Source of the DNA: Oligoflexales bacterium
GTDB taxonomy: Bacteria > Bdellovibrionota_B > Oligoflexia > Oligoflexales > RGVZ01
Assembly: GCA_947445775.1 (NCBI GenBank)
Contig: CANFEB010000005.1
Span: 36,066 to 100,065, forward strand
Reading direction: 5' to 3'
Length of the DNA stretch: 64,000 nt
Part shown: positions 29,326-37,750 of the stretch, piece after piece
Numbering within the stretch: position 1 is the stretch's first letter
Layout of the letters: each line of letters begins with the position of its first letter
Translations under genes and position numbers: made by a program
The notes under the pieces: generated by a model
Seen by the model: the letters and a program-made list of their open reading frames with translations, nothing else
Told to the model about the DNA's origin: nothing
The model's database searches: none

Positions 29326-30504
29326 ATGGCTAAGGCAACGGTCAAGGCGGCCTCATTGCAATCGCGCCACGAAGGTGCAGTACCTGAAGCTGTTCTCGCT
29401 CCTGCAGGGCGCGGAGCGTCTGTGCGCGTCGAATCCGCGACGGCTTCAGCGGATCTGGAGCATTTGCTTGAATCTGTTTCCGGCTCGAAACTTTTGATTT
29501 GCATCCGGGGCTATCCGGACCCGGACAACATCGGGTCATCGCTTGCTTTGCAATGGTTGGCCCGGCATCACGGTATCGAATCGCGGATCATTCATTTTGA
29601 GGAGATCTCTCACCATGAAAACCGCGCTCTGGTAAAGAAACTCGATATTGAACTTGACGAATGGCATGAAGGATTCGACTGCTCAAAGTTCGATTATTAC
29701 GCAATCACGGATTCCCAAACAGCGGAACTACCAATCAAACTTCCGCCATCCTGCCAGTTGCTGGTATTTGTGGATCACCATAAACCCCTCGGTAATATTC
29801 AGGGGAAATTTGTCGATATTCGCGAGAATTCAGGTTCGACTTCTGCGATCTTCGGGGAATACCTGTTGGAAAGCCCCCATAGCTTTGCTGGCCCATCGCC
29901 AGAAGTGACCAAGATCGCGACCGCCTTGATGCACGGGATCCGCTCCGATACCGACAATTTCGTTAATGCAACGATGATTGATTACCGGGCGAGTGAGTTC
30001 CTGGCAAAATTCGTCGATAAGGATTTGTTGGCCCTGATCTCGCGTCAGTCGATCCCGGCAAAAACCATGGATTTAACCCAGATTGCCCTGCAGCGAAAAG
30101 ACATCCGTGCAACATTTATGTTTTCCGGTGTCGGTTTTGTCAGGGATGAGGACCGTGACGGGATCGGTCAATGCGCCGACTATCTGCTCCACCGAGAAGG
30201 CATTGAGACGGTCATTGTCTATGGGGTCGTTGGCAACGAATACATCGACGGATCGCTGCGAACCAAGTCACACACCTTGGATCCGGATAAATGGTTGAAA
30301 GACGTTTTTGGGCAGGATCAAGACGGCAGCTATTACGGTGGTGGTCGCAAGGACAAAGGCGGATTTCAGATTCCGCTCGGTTTTTTCGCCAGTTGTTCGG
30401 ACAAGGAACTGCTCTGGATTTTGATCAAAAAGACGATCGACGAGCTTTTCTATGACAAGATCGGCGTTGAGGGCAAACCCTCCATGGATGGCGACGGAAA
30501 TTGA
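29326..30504 (+). CDS. DHH-family phosphoesterase
   Basis: PDPD, VDHH, GIRSDT, SLR, GGGR. Confidence 0.88.
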   Translation: MAKATVKAASLQSRHEGAVPEAVLAPAGRGASVRVESATASADLEHLLESVSGSKLLICIRGYPDPDNIGSSLALQWLARHHGIESRIIHFEEISHHENRALVKKLDIELDEWHEGFDCSKFDYYAITDSQTAELPIKLPPSCQLLVFVDHHKPLGNIQGKFVDIRENSGSTSAIFGEYLLESPHSFAGPSPEVTKIATALMHGIRSDTDNFVNATMIDYRASEFLAKFVDKDLLALISRQSIPAKTMDLTQIALQRKDIRATFMFSGVGFVRDEDRDGIGQCADYLLHREGIETVIVYGVVGNEYIDGSLRTKSHTLDPDKWLKDVFGQDQDGSYYGGGRKDKGGFQIPLGFFASCSDKELLWILIKKTIDELFYDKIGVEGKPSMDGDGN

Positions 30505-30512
30505 TGCGCGAA

Positions 30513-30842
30513 TCAACCCCGGCGGTCCTTTACTTCGCTTTCAATCCATTCGAGAAATTTTTGGCTTCCTCCACTGACGGGCAAAGCCAAAACACATGGA
30601 TTATCGCTGGGATGACGGGCCGCGACAAAAGCGGTTAAGTCCGAAATCATTTCCTCGGTGGTCTTGAACACGAGAACAACCTCATTTTCCTCCCGGAGAG
30701 CACCCTGCCACTCGTAGACCGAAGTCATTCCGGGAATCACGTTAGCGCACGCGGCCAAGCCGGCTCTGACCACGCTGTGGGCCAGCTTGAGCGCCGTGTC
30801 CCTGTCGGGCACTGTGATGTAGACCAAACTTTTCGTTTTCAT
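30513..30842 (-). CDS. cutA: Divalent-cation tolerance protein CutA
   Basis: LAACAN, SVYEWQG, E.VLVFKT, HP. Confidence 0.93.
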   Translation of the reverse strand: MKTKSLVYITVPDRDTALKLAHSVVRAGLAACANVIPGMTSVYEWQGALREENEVVLVFKTTEEMISDLTAFVAARHPSDNPCVLALPVSGGSQKFLEWIESEVKDRRG

Positions 30843-30976
30843 AAGACTTTGTTCTTCTTGGTTTTTTTAATTTGAAATACCCTGAATCGAGACGATTTTT
30901 GCAAAAACCCCTCAAAGTTTCGCCAGTAGTACCGATGCCAAACAGTATAACAAGTCGAAGCTGAGGGGAATTTTGT

Positions 30977-31552
30977 ATGAGTGCATCTAAGAAAGATGAG
31001 TTTTTAAGCGGAATTAAATCACTGTTGCTTACCCTCGGTGAGGATCCGGAGCGGGAGGGGCTGCAGAAGACTCCCGAGCGATGGTTGCGCAGCATGGAAT
31101 TTCTGACTTCAGGATACCAGAAAGATGTTCGTGGTCTCATAAACAATGCGATCTTTCACGAATCGTACAGCGACATGGTGATTGTGCGGGATATTGAATT
31201 GTACAGTTTATGCGAACATCACATCCTGCCTTTTTTTGGGCGGTGTCACGTCGGCTATATCCCCAACGGCAAGGTGATTGGGTTGTCGAAAATTCCCAGG
31301 ATCGTGGATGCTTTCGCCAGGCGTCTGCAGGTTCAAGAAAGGCTGACTAGCCAGATTTCCTATGCCCTACAGGAGCATCTGGCGCCGGCCGGAGTAGGGG
31401 TTGTCATTGAGGCATATCATTTCTGCATGATGATGCGTGGCGTCGAAAAACAGAATTCGTATACAATGACGAGTTCCATGTTGGGGGCGTTCCAGAACAT
31501 GTCGACGCGTTCGGAGTTTTTGACCCTTCTTCAGAGTCAGCGCAGCCGTTAG
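30977..31552 (+). CDS. folE: GTP cyclohydrolase I
   Basis: [39 protein letters not shown]. Confidence 0.97.
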   Translation: MSASKKDEFLSGIKSLLLTLGEDPEREGLQKTPERWLRSMEFLTSGYQKDVRGLINNAIFHESYSDMVIVRDIELYSLCEHHILPFFGRCHVGYIPNGKVIGLSKIPRIVDAFARRLQVQERLTSQISYALQEHLAPAGVGVVIEAYHFCMMMRGVEKQNSYTMTSSMLGAFQNMSTRSEFLTLLQSQRSR

Positions 31553-31574
31553 GTCAAGGGGGGAAATTATCGTC

Positions 31575-32237
31575 ATGGCGGCACGGCACGTTTATACATT
31601 TATTGCCCCACTCCGCGAACGTGACATCGAGGAAGCCTGTCGAATTCTTTCTTCGGACGGAGTTCTTGCCCTGCCAACAGAAACTAGCTGGAGCTTTGTC
31701 TGTGATGCCGATAGCCCCAAGGCGTTGGAGCGAATCCGGAAACTGAAGCCGGGGCATCCCAGGGACAGACCGTTTAGCCTCATGTGCAGCTCGATCTCTG
31801 CAGCGGCTGAAGTCGTCAATATCGACAATCATGTTTATCCCTATTTGAAAAAAACAATGCCGGGCCCATATACAGTAATTTTGGAACGAAACCGCAGCCT
31901 GCCACGATTGATCCACGATAACCGCAAAGAGGTCGGCATCCGCATTCCGGCGGCAGAACTTATCCGCGGCTTGATGGTCCACTACGGCCGCGTGCTAGCA
32001 GCGGCAACGGTGCCAGGGATTCTGGTTCCGCTGAATAGCCACGAGCAGATCCATTTGCCCCGATTTGGCTACGAGGTCATGGAGGCCTTCGGGCATGGCC
32101 TTGATTTAATCCTGGATCTAGGGGAAGAGGTACCGGGCGTTGAAACCACGATTATTGATTGCACGGAAAGTGTCCCGATTGTGGTTCGGGCAGGAGCGGG
32201 GGACCCAGCTCCATTCATCGGAGCTTGGCAGAAGTGA
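31575..32237 (+). CDS. Sua5/YciO/YrdC-family (threonylcarbamoyl-AMP synthase-like) protein
   Basis: LPTET, PGPYTVIL, VGIRIP, TTIID, RAGAG. Confidence 0.85.
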   Translation: MAARHVYTFIAPLRERDIEEACRILSSDGVLALPTETSWSFVCDADSPKALERIRKLKPGHPRDRPFSLMCSSISAAAEVVNIDNHVYPYLKKTMPGPYTVILERNRSLPRLIHDNRKEVGIRIPAAELIRGLMVHYGRVLAAATVPGILVPLNSHEQIHLPRFGYEVMEAFGHGLDLILDLGEEVPGVETTIIDCTESVPIVVRAGAGDPAPFIGAWQK

Positions 32238-32908
32238 AATCGGCCAGATCAGTCAGCGTTATCGATGCGGGCATCATGGAATATGGAGTTGCATGGGAAT
32301 TGCAACAACGCCTCCACGCCAGATGTGTTGCTGGCGACGCGGAAGGGTTTCTGATGCTGGTCGAGCATCCGCCGGTGATCACCCTCGGAAAAAATGCCAG
32401 TGAAAAGTTTTTGTTGGCTGGAGAAACTTGGCTCTCCGAAATGGGCGTCGCCATCGTTCGTTCAGATCGCGGCGGCGAAGCCACTGCGCACAACCCCGGA
32501 CAGCTCGTTGTTTATCCAGTAATTCCCTTGCCGGTCTTCGGGCTGGGCGCACGCGCCTATGTTCATAAACTCGAATCCGTCGTGATGGAAACGTTGTCAT
32601 TCTTTGGGGTGGCTTCCGGCCGCGACCCCGTTCACCCAGGGGTCTGGGTTGGCAACTCTAAAATATGCGCCGTTGGAACTCGCATCAAGTTGCGGGCAAC
32701 TATGCACGGAATTGCCCTGAACGTGAACAATGACCTTGCTATATTTGGATTGATCGTTCCCTGCGGCATTGCTGGCCGGGACACAACTAGTCTTGCCCAA
32801 ATATTGGGCACAGCACCGGATATCCACAGGGTGAAACAGGAATTCATCAAGTGCTTCGCTAGCTTGTTCGATTGCCGCGTTAAGCAATCCGCTGTGGATG
32901 AATTTTGA
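32234..32908 (+). CDS. lipB: Lipoyl(octanoyl) transferase
   Basis: EHPPVITLG, DRGGEATAHNPGQLV, KICAVG, HGIALNV, IVPCG; GTGA overlap with the upstream stop. Confidence 0.95.
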   Translation: MKSARSVSVIDAGIMEYGVAWELQQRLHARCVAGDAEGFLMLVEHPPVITLGKNASEKFLLAGETWLSEMGVAIVRSDRGGEATAHNPGQLVVYPVIPLPVFGLGARAYVHKLESVVMETLSFFGVASGRDPVHPGVWVGNSKICAVGTRIKLRATMHGIALNVNNDLAIFGLIVPCGIAGRDTTSLAQILGTAPDIHRVKQEFIKCFASLFDCRVKQSAVDEF

Positions 32909-33243
32909 ATCTAGAATTTAGAGTTTGGAATTTGGATCGTCTGCTTGCAGCGAGGGACGCTGGCAACTATGATTCACAGATGACTTCGGCTACAAAATTC
33001 ACCACAACAACTCCGTATTGCGACGTGGCATTTGGACCCGTCTTGAATTCTTGCTGCGTTCAGTCAACCACGTTGCACGCTCGCCACAATCAAATGGTTG
33101 CGTGTGGCGATTGCAAGCAGGTGTTGAAGTTTTTTAAAGAAGCTAGACCGATGCAAAACTATCTTAAGTTTTGCGCATCAAATAATCGCAGCGTGATCAC
33201 CGGAATGGTTGGCGATTACTTCGTCGTCGCTTTTTCATTCTGA
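32905..33243 (+). CDS. Small Cys-containing hypothetical protein
   Basis: Coupled to lipB (TTGA overlap); CGDC motif; start uncertain. Confidence 0.5.
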   Translation: MNLEFRVWNLDRLLAARDAGNYDSQMTSATKFTTTTPYCDVAFGPVLNSCCVQSTTLHARHNQMVACGDCKQVLKFFKEARPMQNYLKFCASNNRSVITGMVGDYFVVAFSF

Positions 33244-34574
33244 GTATTTTTTTTCGGATCTTCTTTTTTATTATCCGTATTCAATTTGGCGTAGCTGTGC
33301 AGGTAACTGAAAGCTGTCGCCAACTGGTAGTCCGATCTCAGTGGCTCTGGCCACTGGTCGATCCACTGCGTCAGACTCTGGGTTTTTGCGAGATCGCTTA
33401 AATCGTGACTTTCAATGTGCCGTTCGAGGTCTGATTCTTTGCGCGCCGAATCTGGTCGCTCGTTCTTGCCCTTGACCGGAACTTCTTCCCCGGCTTTTGC
33501 TGCCACGACAATATCCGGAGTGATTCCCTTGGCTTGGATGGAGCGGTCTTTTGGCGTGTAATAGCGGGCGATCGTGAGTTTTATTGCTGAACCGTCCGGC
33601 AACGGCAATATCGTCTGAACCGAGCCTTTGCCAAAGGTTGTCGTGCCCATGATCAGGGCCCGCTCGTGATCTTGCAGGGCACCGGCAACGATTTCCGAGG
33701 CACTCGCTGATCCACCGTTTACCAGAACGACCACAGGAAAGTTTGAGAAGGTGTTGCGCTTGCGGGCGAACTCGCGCTCGACACGGTCCTTGTCCCGTCC
33801 AAGTGTGGACACGATCAATCCCGATTCAATGAATAAGTCAGTCACTTGCACGGCCTGGTCTAAAAGGCCGCCTGGATTATCGCGTAAATCCAAAATCAGA
33901 CCAGAGATTCCGCCACGCGTAGAGGCGGCTTTCAGTATGGCGGCAAGTTCGTCGCTAGTGCCTTCTTGAAAACTGGCGATCCGCACGTACTCAAATTTCG
34001 GAGCTAGATTTTGTCCGCGGACTGATTTTACCTGGATGATTTCCCGGATCAGTTCGAGGATGAGTGGTTCCGTGACATTCTGGCGGCGGACCTTCAGTTT
34101 TAGTTTTGATCCAGGCTCTCCGCGCATGCGGTCGACGGCATCATCATTTTTAAGGTTGGTCACCACATGGCCATCGATTTCAATGATTTCGTCGCCGGAT
34201 TTGATGCCGCCACGCGCTGCGGGAGTATCCTCGATCGGTGACACAACGATCAATTTTCCTTTTTCCTGAGAAACGATGACACCGACGCCGCCGAATTTTC
34301 CCTGAGTGTCGATAGTGAGTTGCTCGTAAGCCTTTGGTAGCATCAGCGTGGTGTGCGGATCCAGTTGATCCACCATGCCTTTGAGGGCATTGCGCACGAG
34401 CGCTGGTTCCTTCACTTTGCTTTCATCGACATACATCGTTTCAAGATAGTGAAGGCCGCGCGCCAGGGATTCAAGGGACTTGTACTTGGCGTCGGAGGCG
34501 ATTTCCGGGGCGGACGGTGCGGCAATCACCTGCTGGGCTAATAGCAGGGACACGATCATCAGGGTTTTCTTCAT
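33216..34574 (-). CDS. ctpA: S41 carboxyl-terminal processing protease with PDZ domain
   Basis: LDPH, GKFGGVG, LDLRDNPGG, SASASEIVAGALQD, TFGKGSVQ. Confidence 0.94.
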   Translation of the reverse strand: MKKTLMIVSLLLAQQVIAAPSAPEIASDAKYKSLESLARGLHYLETMYVDESKVKEPALVRNALKGMVDQLDPHTTLMLPKAYEQLTIDTQGKFGGVGVIVSQEKGKLIVVSPIEDTPAARGGIKSGDEIIEIDGHVVTNLKNDDAVDRMRGEPGSKLKLKVRRQNVTEPLILELIREIIQVKSVRGQNLAPKFEYVRIASFQEGTSDELAAILKAASTRGGISGLILDLRDNPGGLLDQAVQVTDLFIESGLIVSTLGRDKDRVEREFARKRNTFSNFPVVVLVNGGSASASEIVAGALQDHERALIMGTTTFGKGSVQTILPLPDGSAIKLTIARYYTPKDRSIQAKGITPDIVVAAKAGEEVPVKGKNERPDSARKESDLERHIESHDLSDLAKTQSLTQWIDQWPEPLRSDYQLATAFSYLHSYAKLNTDNKKEDPKKNTQNEKATTK

Positions 34575-34582
34575 CTAGGGCC

Positions 34583-35521
34583 TTAGCTCCTCACCGGTCC
34601 AGGGGATTTGGCGATCATTCGTTTCATTTCGACGATACGCCGGGTGTCATCCAATGTCAGCGATTCGTTCTTTTCAAATGATTCTACTGCCGCCTTCGCT
34701 GCTTTGGTTTTTTGCTGTTTCACGAGGATGCGGACCATGGATTCGACCGGCTCAGGGCACTTCGGACACACCGCCGTTGCCGTTTCCAGCTTATCGATGG
34801 CCAGAAGGTTGCGGTGGGTTGTTTCGTAAATGCGCGCCATTTTCAGCAGGGTCATGAAGTTGGTCGGGTTTTCTTCCAGAGCCTTCGCGTACCAGCGCTC
34901 TGATCGAATTGAATCATTCGACAATTCCGCGATAAGGCCGAGGTTGTGAAATATCCGTTCCCGGTAGCGGTAGGTCTTGGCCGGCTCGGAAGCCGCAGCC
35001 TCCTTGAGAAGAGTTGTGGCCTTGGCATACTGGCGCCCCTGAATGTAGGCAGAGCTGAGGTTAAGGGTAAAAGTCAAATTGTCGGGCCGCATGTGGCGCG
35101 CCGTTTCCAGGGCTTCCCTAGCCTTGGTGGTGTTGCGCAGTGACAGTTGGACCAACCCATGAAGGTTGATGACATCTGGATCTGCGGGATATTCCCTCAG
35201 AAGGGTTTTAACCTCTCTAAGGGCCTGGGTGGATTGGCCGCTGTCCAAGGAGTTGGTTACGATCTGTTTTTTGGTTTCGAGAAGGTTGACGCCCTCGTTG
35301 GGGTCGCGGTCACGGTTCAACGACTGGCATGCGGACAGGCCGCAGAATGCTATTAAAGTTAATATATACAGATACTTATTTTGTTTATCGGCGTTTGTTT
35401 TCGGCACCTGAAGGTTTCCTTCCATATCCGGATCCTCCGGAGCTGAGATATTGCCTTGCCGATGGTCCTGTGGGGTGGCATTCATTATAAATAGCCACAC
35501 ACGAACAGGGGCCTTGGTCAC
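34583..35521 (-). CDS. TPR lipoprotein (PilF/PilW-like)
   Basis: Lipobox LSAC, TPR helices; divergent from a RodZ-like gene; true start probably downstream. Confidence 0.7.
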   Translation of the reverse strand: MTKAPVRVWLFIMNATPQDHRQGNISAPEDPDMEGNLQVPKTNADKQNKYLYILTLIAFCGLSACQSLNRDRDPNEGVNLLETKKQIVTNSLDSGQSTQALREVKTLLREYPADPDVINLHGLVQLSLRNTTKAREALETARHMRPDNLTFTLNLSSAYIQGRQYAKATTLLKEAAASEPAKTYRYRERIFHNLGLIAELSNDSIRSERWYAKALEENPTNFMTLLKMARIYETTHRNLLAIDKLETATAVCPKCPEPVESMVRILVKQQKTKAAKAAVESFEKNESLTLDDTRRIVEMKRMIAKSPGPVRS

Positions 35522-35565
35522 GGGCGATCAAAGATCTTGGGCGTGATCATAACACGGAACAGGCG

Positions 35566-36588
35566 ATGAGCGACCAGACGATTTCCGCCAAGGCTTCGGC
35601 GACCCAGCCGGATATTAAAGCTGTTCGGCTACAACTAGGCAATCTACTCAAACAGGCCCGTGAAAAATCCGGCATGAGCCATGACGCTGTGGCTCAGATC
35701 ACCAAGATTGGCCGGGGTTTTGTGATAGCCCTTGAAGCCGGTGAGTTCGAAAAGCTTCCTGGGGCCGTGTTCGGTCGGGGATTCGTTTGCAGCATCGCCC
35801 GGGTTCTGGATCTGGACAGCCAGGAAATGTCGAAGCTCTATGCCAAATGCTGGGCGACGACAGAATCGGAATACACTTTTAAAGGCGGCGCTGCGAAAGG
35901 TGTGATTGCGCAACGCATGCCGGCCCGACGCAAAATGGCTTTTGACATCGGAAACTTAATTAGAAATAGTCCTGTAGGAAATTTAAAGATCAGTGGCGGC
36001 AAGTCCGCTGTTTTACTGCTCTCCGTTCCGGTTTTGGTTCTCGTCGTGGCGATAGTCATTGCGGGGGTCAAGGGGGGACAGAAACAGGTCGCAGGGCAGG
36101 CGCCGAAAACTCAGCAGACCCAAGAAGTTTTGGCGGCTGTTGCCGTGCCTGCTGCTGCCGTGCCTGCTGCTGCCGTGCCCGCTGCTGCCGTGCCTGCCAT
36201 GCAGCCAGTAGCCAAGCCATCGAACGCCCCGAATGTCGCGAACGCCCCGAAGCCGGCCATTGAAGAACCAACGATGGAGTTGCGCAGCGAAAAGGCCAAC
36301 TTTGAGCATGTCTTGGAATTGGTGGTGATCGAGCCGGTGAAAATCAAGTTGATCGCTGATGGCAAGCAGCCATCCATCCGGCAGTTAAAACCAGATGCCT
36401 ACCGATTTGCCTTTGCCGACCGCGCCGACTTGACGGTATACGATGCGGCTGCCGTGGACCTTGCGTTTAATGGCAGAAGCCTTGGTTCCCTGGGAGCCAA
36501 GGGACGGATTCGTAGATTGATTTTCCAGTCCGGAACTCCTGAATCTGCGGCAAATAACGCGGTTGGAGAAACTGCAAAAAAACTCTGA
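35566..36588 (+). CDS. RodZ-like protein (HTH, TM, C-terminal domain)
   Basis: LGNLLKQAREKSG..ALEAGEFEKLPG.VF.RGF HTH; TM helix; LAFNG..LG C-terminal motif. Confidence 0.82.
   Translation: MSDQTISAKASATQPDIKAVRLQLGNLLKQAREKSGMSHDAVAQITKIGRGFVIALEAGEFEKLPGAVFGRGFVCSIARVLDLDSQEMSKLYAKCWATTESEYTFKGGAAKGVIAQRMPARRKMAFDIGNLIRNSPVGNLKISGGKSAVLLLSVPVLVLVVAIVIAGVKGGQKQVAGQAPKTQQTQEVLAAVAVPAAAVPAAAVPAAAVPAMQPVAKPSNAPNVANAPKPAIEEPTMELRSEKANFEHVLELVVIEPVKIKLIADGKQPSIRQLKPDAYRFAFADRADLTVYDAAAVDLAFNGRSLGSLGAKGRIRRLIFQSGTPESAANNAVGETAKKL
36136..36195 (+). repeat. 15-bp tandem repeat x4 (AAAVP linker)
   Basis: gctg(t/c)tgccgtgcc(t/c) x4. Confidence 0.92.
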
Positions 36589-36640
36589 TTGTTCCCGAGT
36601 TTCGTGCGCAGGGATAGTCTGCCCCGGAACAATCGTGCGA

Positions 36641-36864
36641 TGCTCCTAAAGCTTCAAAGAATTTTGCCGAATCAAATGGAGCAAGTCTTTGGTGGCTTGC
36701 ATGTGATGCGAAGCTGGAACAGGTCGGATTGACCTGCACGGAGATGGACAAGGGGTTCGCCCCTGGATGAGCGCCGGCCAATGATTGGCCCGATTGCCAA
36801 GAGGGCAATTGACAGGGTCTCCATACCACAAGCATCTCAAACGTTTTTTGAAAGTGATTGCTCC
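36641..36864 (+). ncRNA. Candidate structured cis-regulatory RNA in the panC leader
   Basis: Nested perfect hairpins plus long-range stem GGAGCAA/TTGCTCC (see findings); strand assumed from panC. Confidence 0.55.
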
Positions 36865-36868
36865 CGCC

Positions 36869-37729
36869 ATGATTTTACAGACGTTCGTTGAGATCCCGGC
36901 CCTTGATGCCTTCCGGTTGTCGCTTTTCTCTGCTGGCAAAAAGCTGGCGTTTGTCCCGACCATGGGCGCCCTTCATGAAGGCCACATTTCCCTCGTTAAA
37001 CAGGCCCGCCAAAACGCGGACGCTGTCATTGCCAGTATCTTTGTAAACCCCTCCCAATTTGGACCCGGCGAAGACTTTAATCGCTACCCACGGACGTTGA
37101 CCGAAGATGCCGCCAGACTTGCAGAAGCTGGCTGCGACGCGGTGTTCCTGCCAAATCTCGTTACGATTTATCCTGATAATTTTCAGACCTGGGTGCGCAA
37201 CGAGGTTCTGGAAAATGACTTGTGCGGCGCGAGCCGGCCGGGCCATTTTCGTGGGGTGCTCACCGTGGTCCTCAAATTGCTGAATCTTGTCCGCCCCGAC
37301 GTCGCATTGTTCGGTAAAAAGGATTATCAACAGTGGCGCCTTATTGAAAAAATGGTCGACGACCTGAATGTTCCCGTTAAAATTCTGGGCGGTGAAACGG
37401 TCCGCGAGCCGGATGGTCTGGCCATGAGCAGCCGGAACCGGTACTTGCAGGACGGGGAGCGCCCCGCAGCGGTGGCGATTTCCAGGGGGCTCAAGGCCGC
37501 GCTGGAAAAATTCCGCTCTGGCGAACTGAAGGTACAAGTGCTGTTGGATCTAGCGTCCAAGGAATTTGCCGCGCAACCAACGATCAAGGTTGAATACCTG
37601 GCGATTTGTGAACAGGCTTCCCTTGCCCCGGTCAAAGAGTCCATTTCGGGGGCTGCTGTGATTCTTGTTGCGGCACGGTTGGGGGAACTTCGATTGATTG
37701 ATAACATGGAACTGAACCCGGTCGGTTGA
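36869..37729 (+). CDS. panC: Pantoate--beta-alanine ligase
   Basis: FVPTMGALHEGH, SIFVNP.QF, RPGHF.GV, FGKKDYQQ, DGLAMSSRN, RLIDN. Confidence 0.97.
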   Translation: MILQTFVEIPALDAFRLSLFSAGKKLAFVPTMGALHEGHISLVKQARQNADAVIASIFVNPSQFGPGEDFNRYPRTLTEDAARLAEAGCDAVFLPNLVTIYPDNFQTWVRNEVLENDLCGASRPGHFRGVLTVVLKLLNLVRPDVALFGKKDYQQWRLIEKMVDDLNVPVKILGGETVREPDGLAMSSRNRYLQDGERPAAVAISRGLKAALEKFRSGELKVQVLLDLASKEFAAQPTIKVEYLAICEQASLAPVKESISGAAVILVAARLGELRLIDNMELNPVG

Positions 37730-37750
37730 ACAACTCGGTGGATCCATCTC

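Noticed and set aside
36770-36822. glmS ribozyme or 6S RNA identity for the panC leader
   Set aside because: Only short word matches; the architecture and gene context do not fit. Left as an unassigned candidate RNA.
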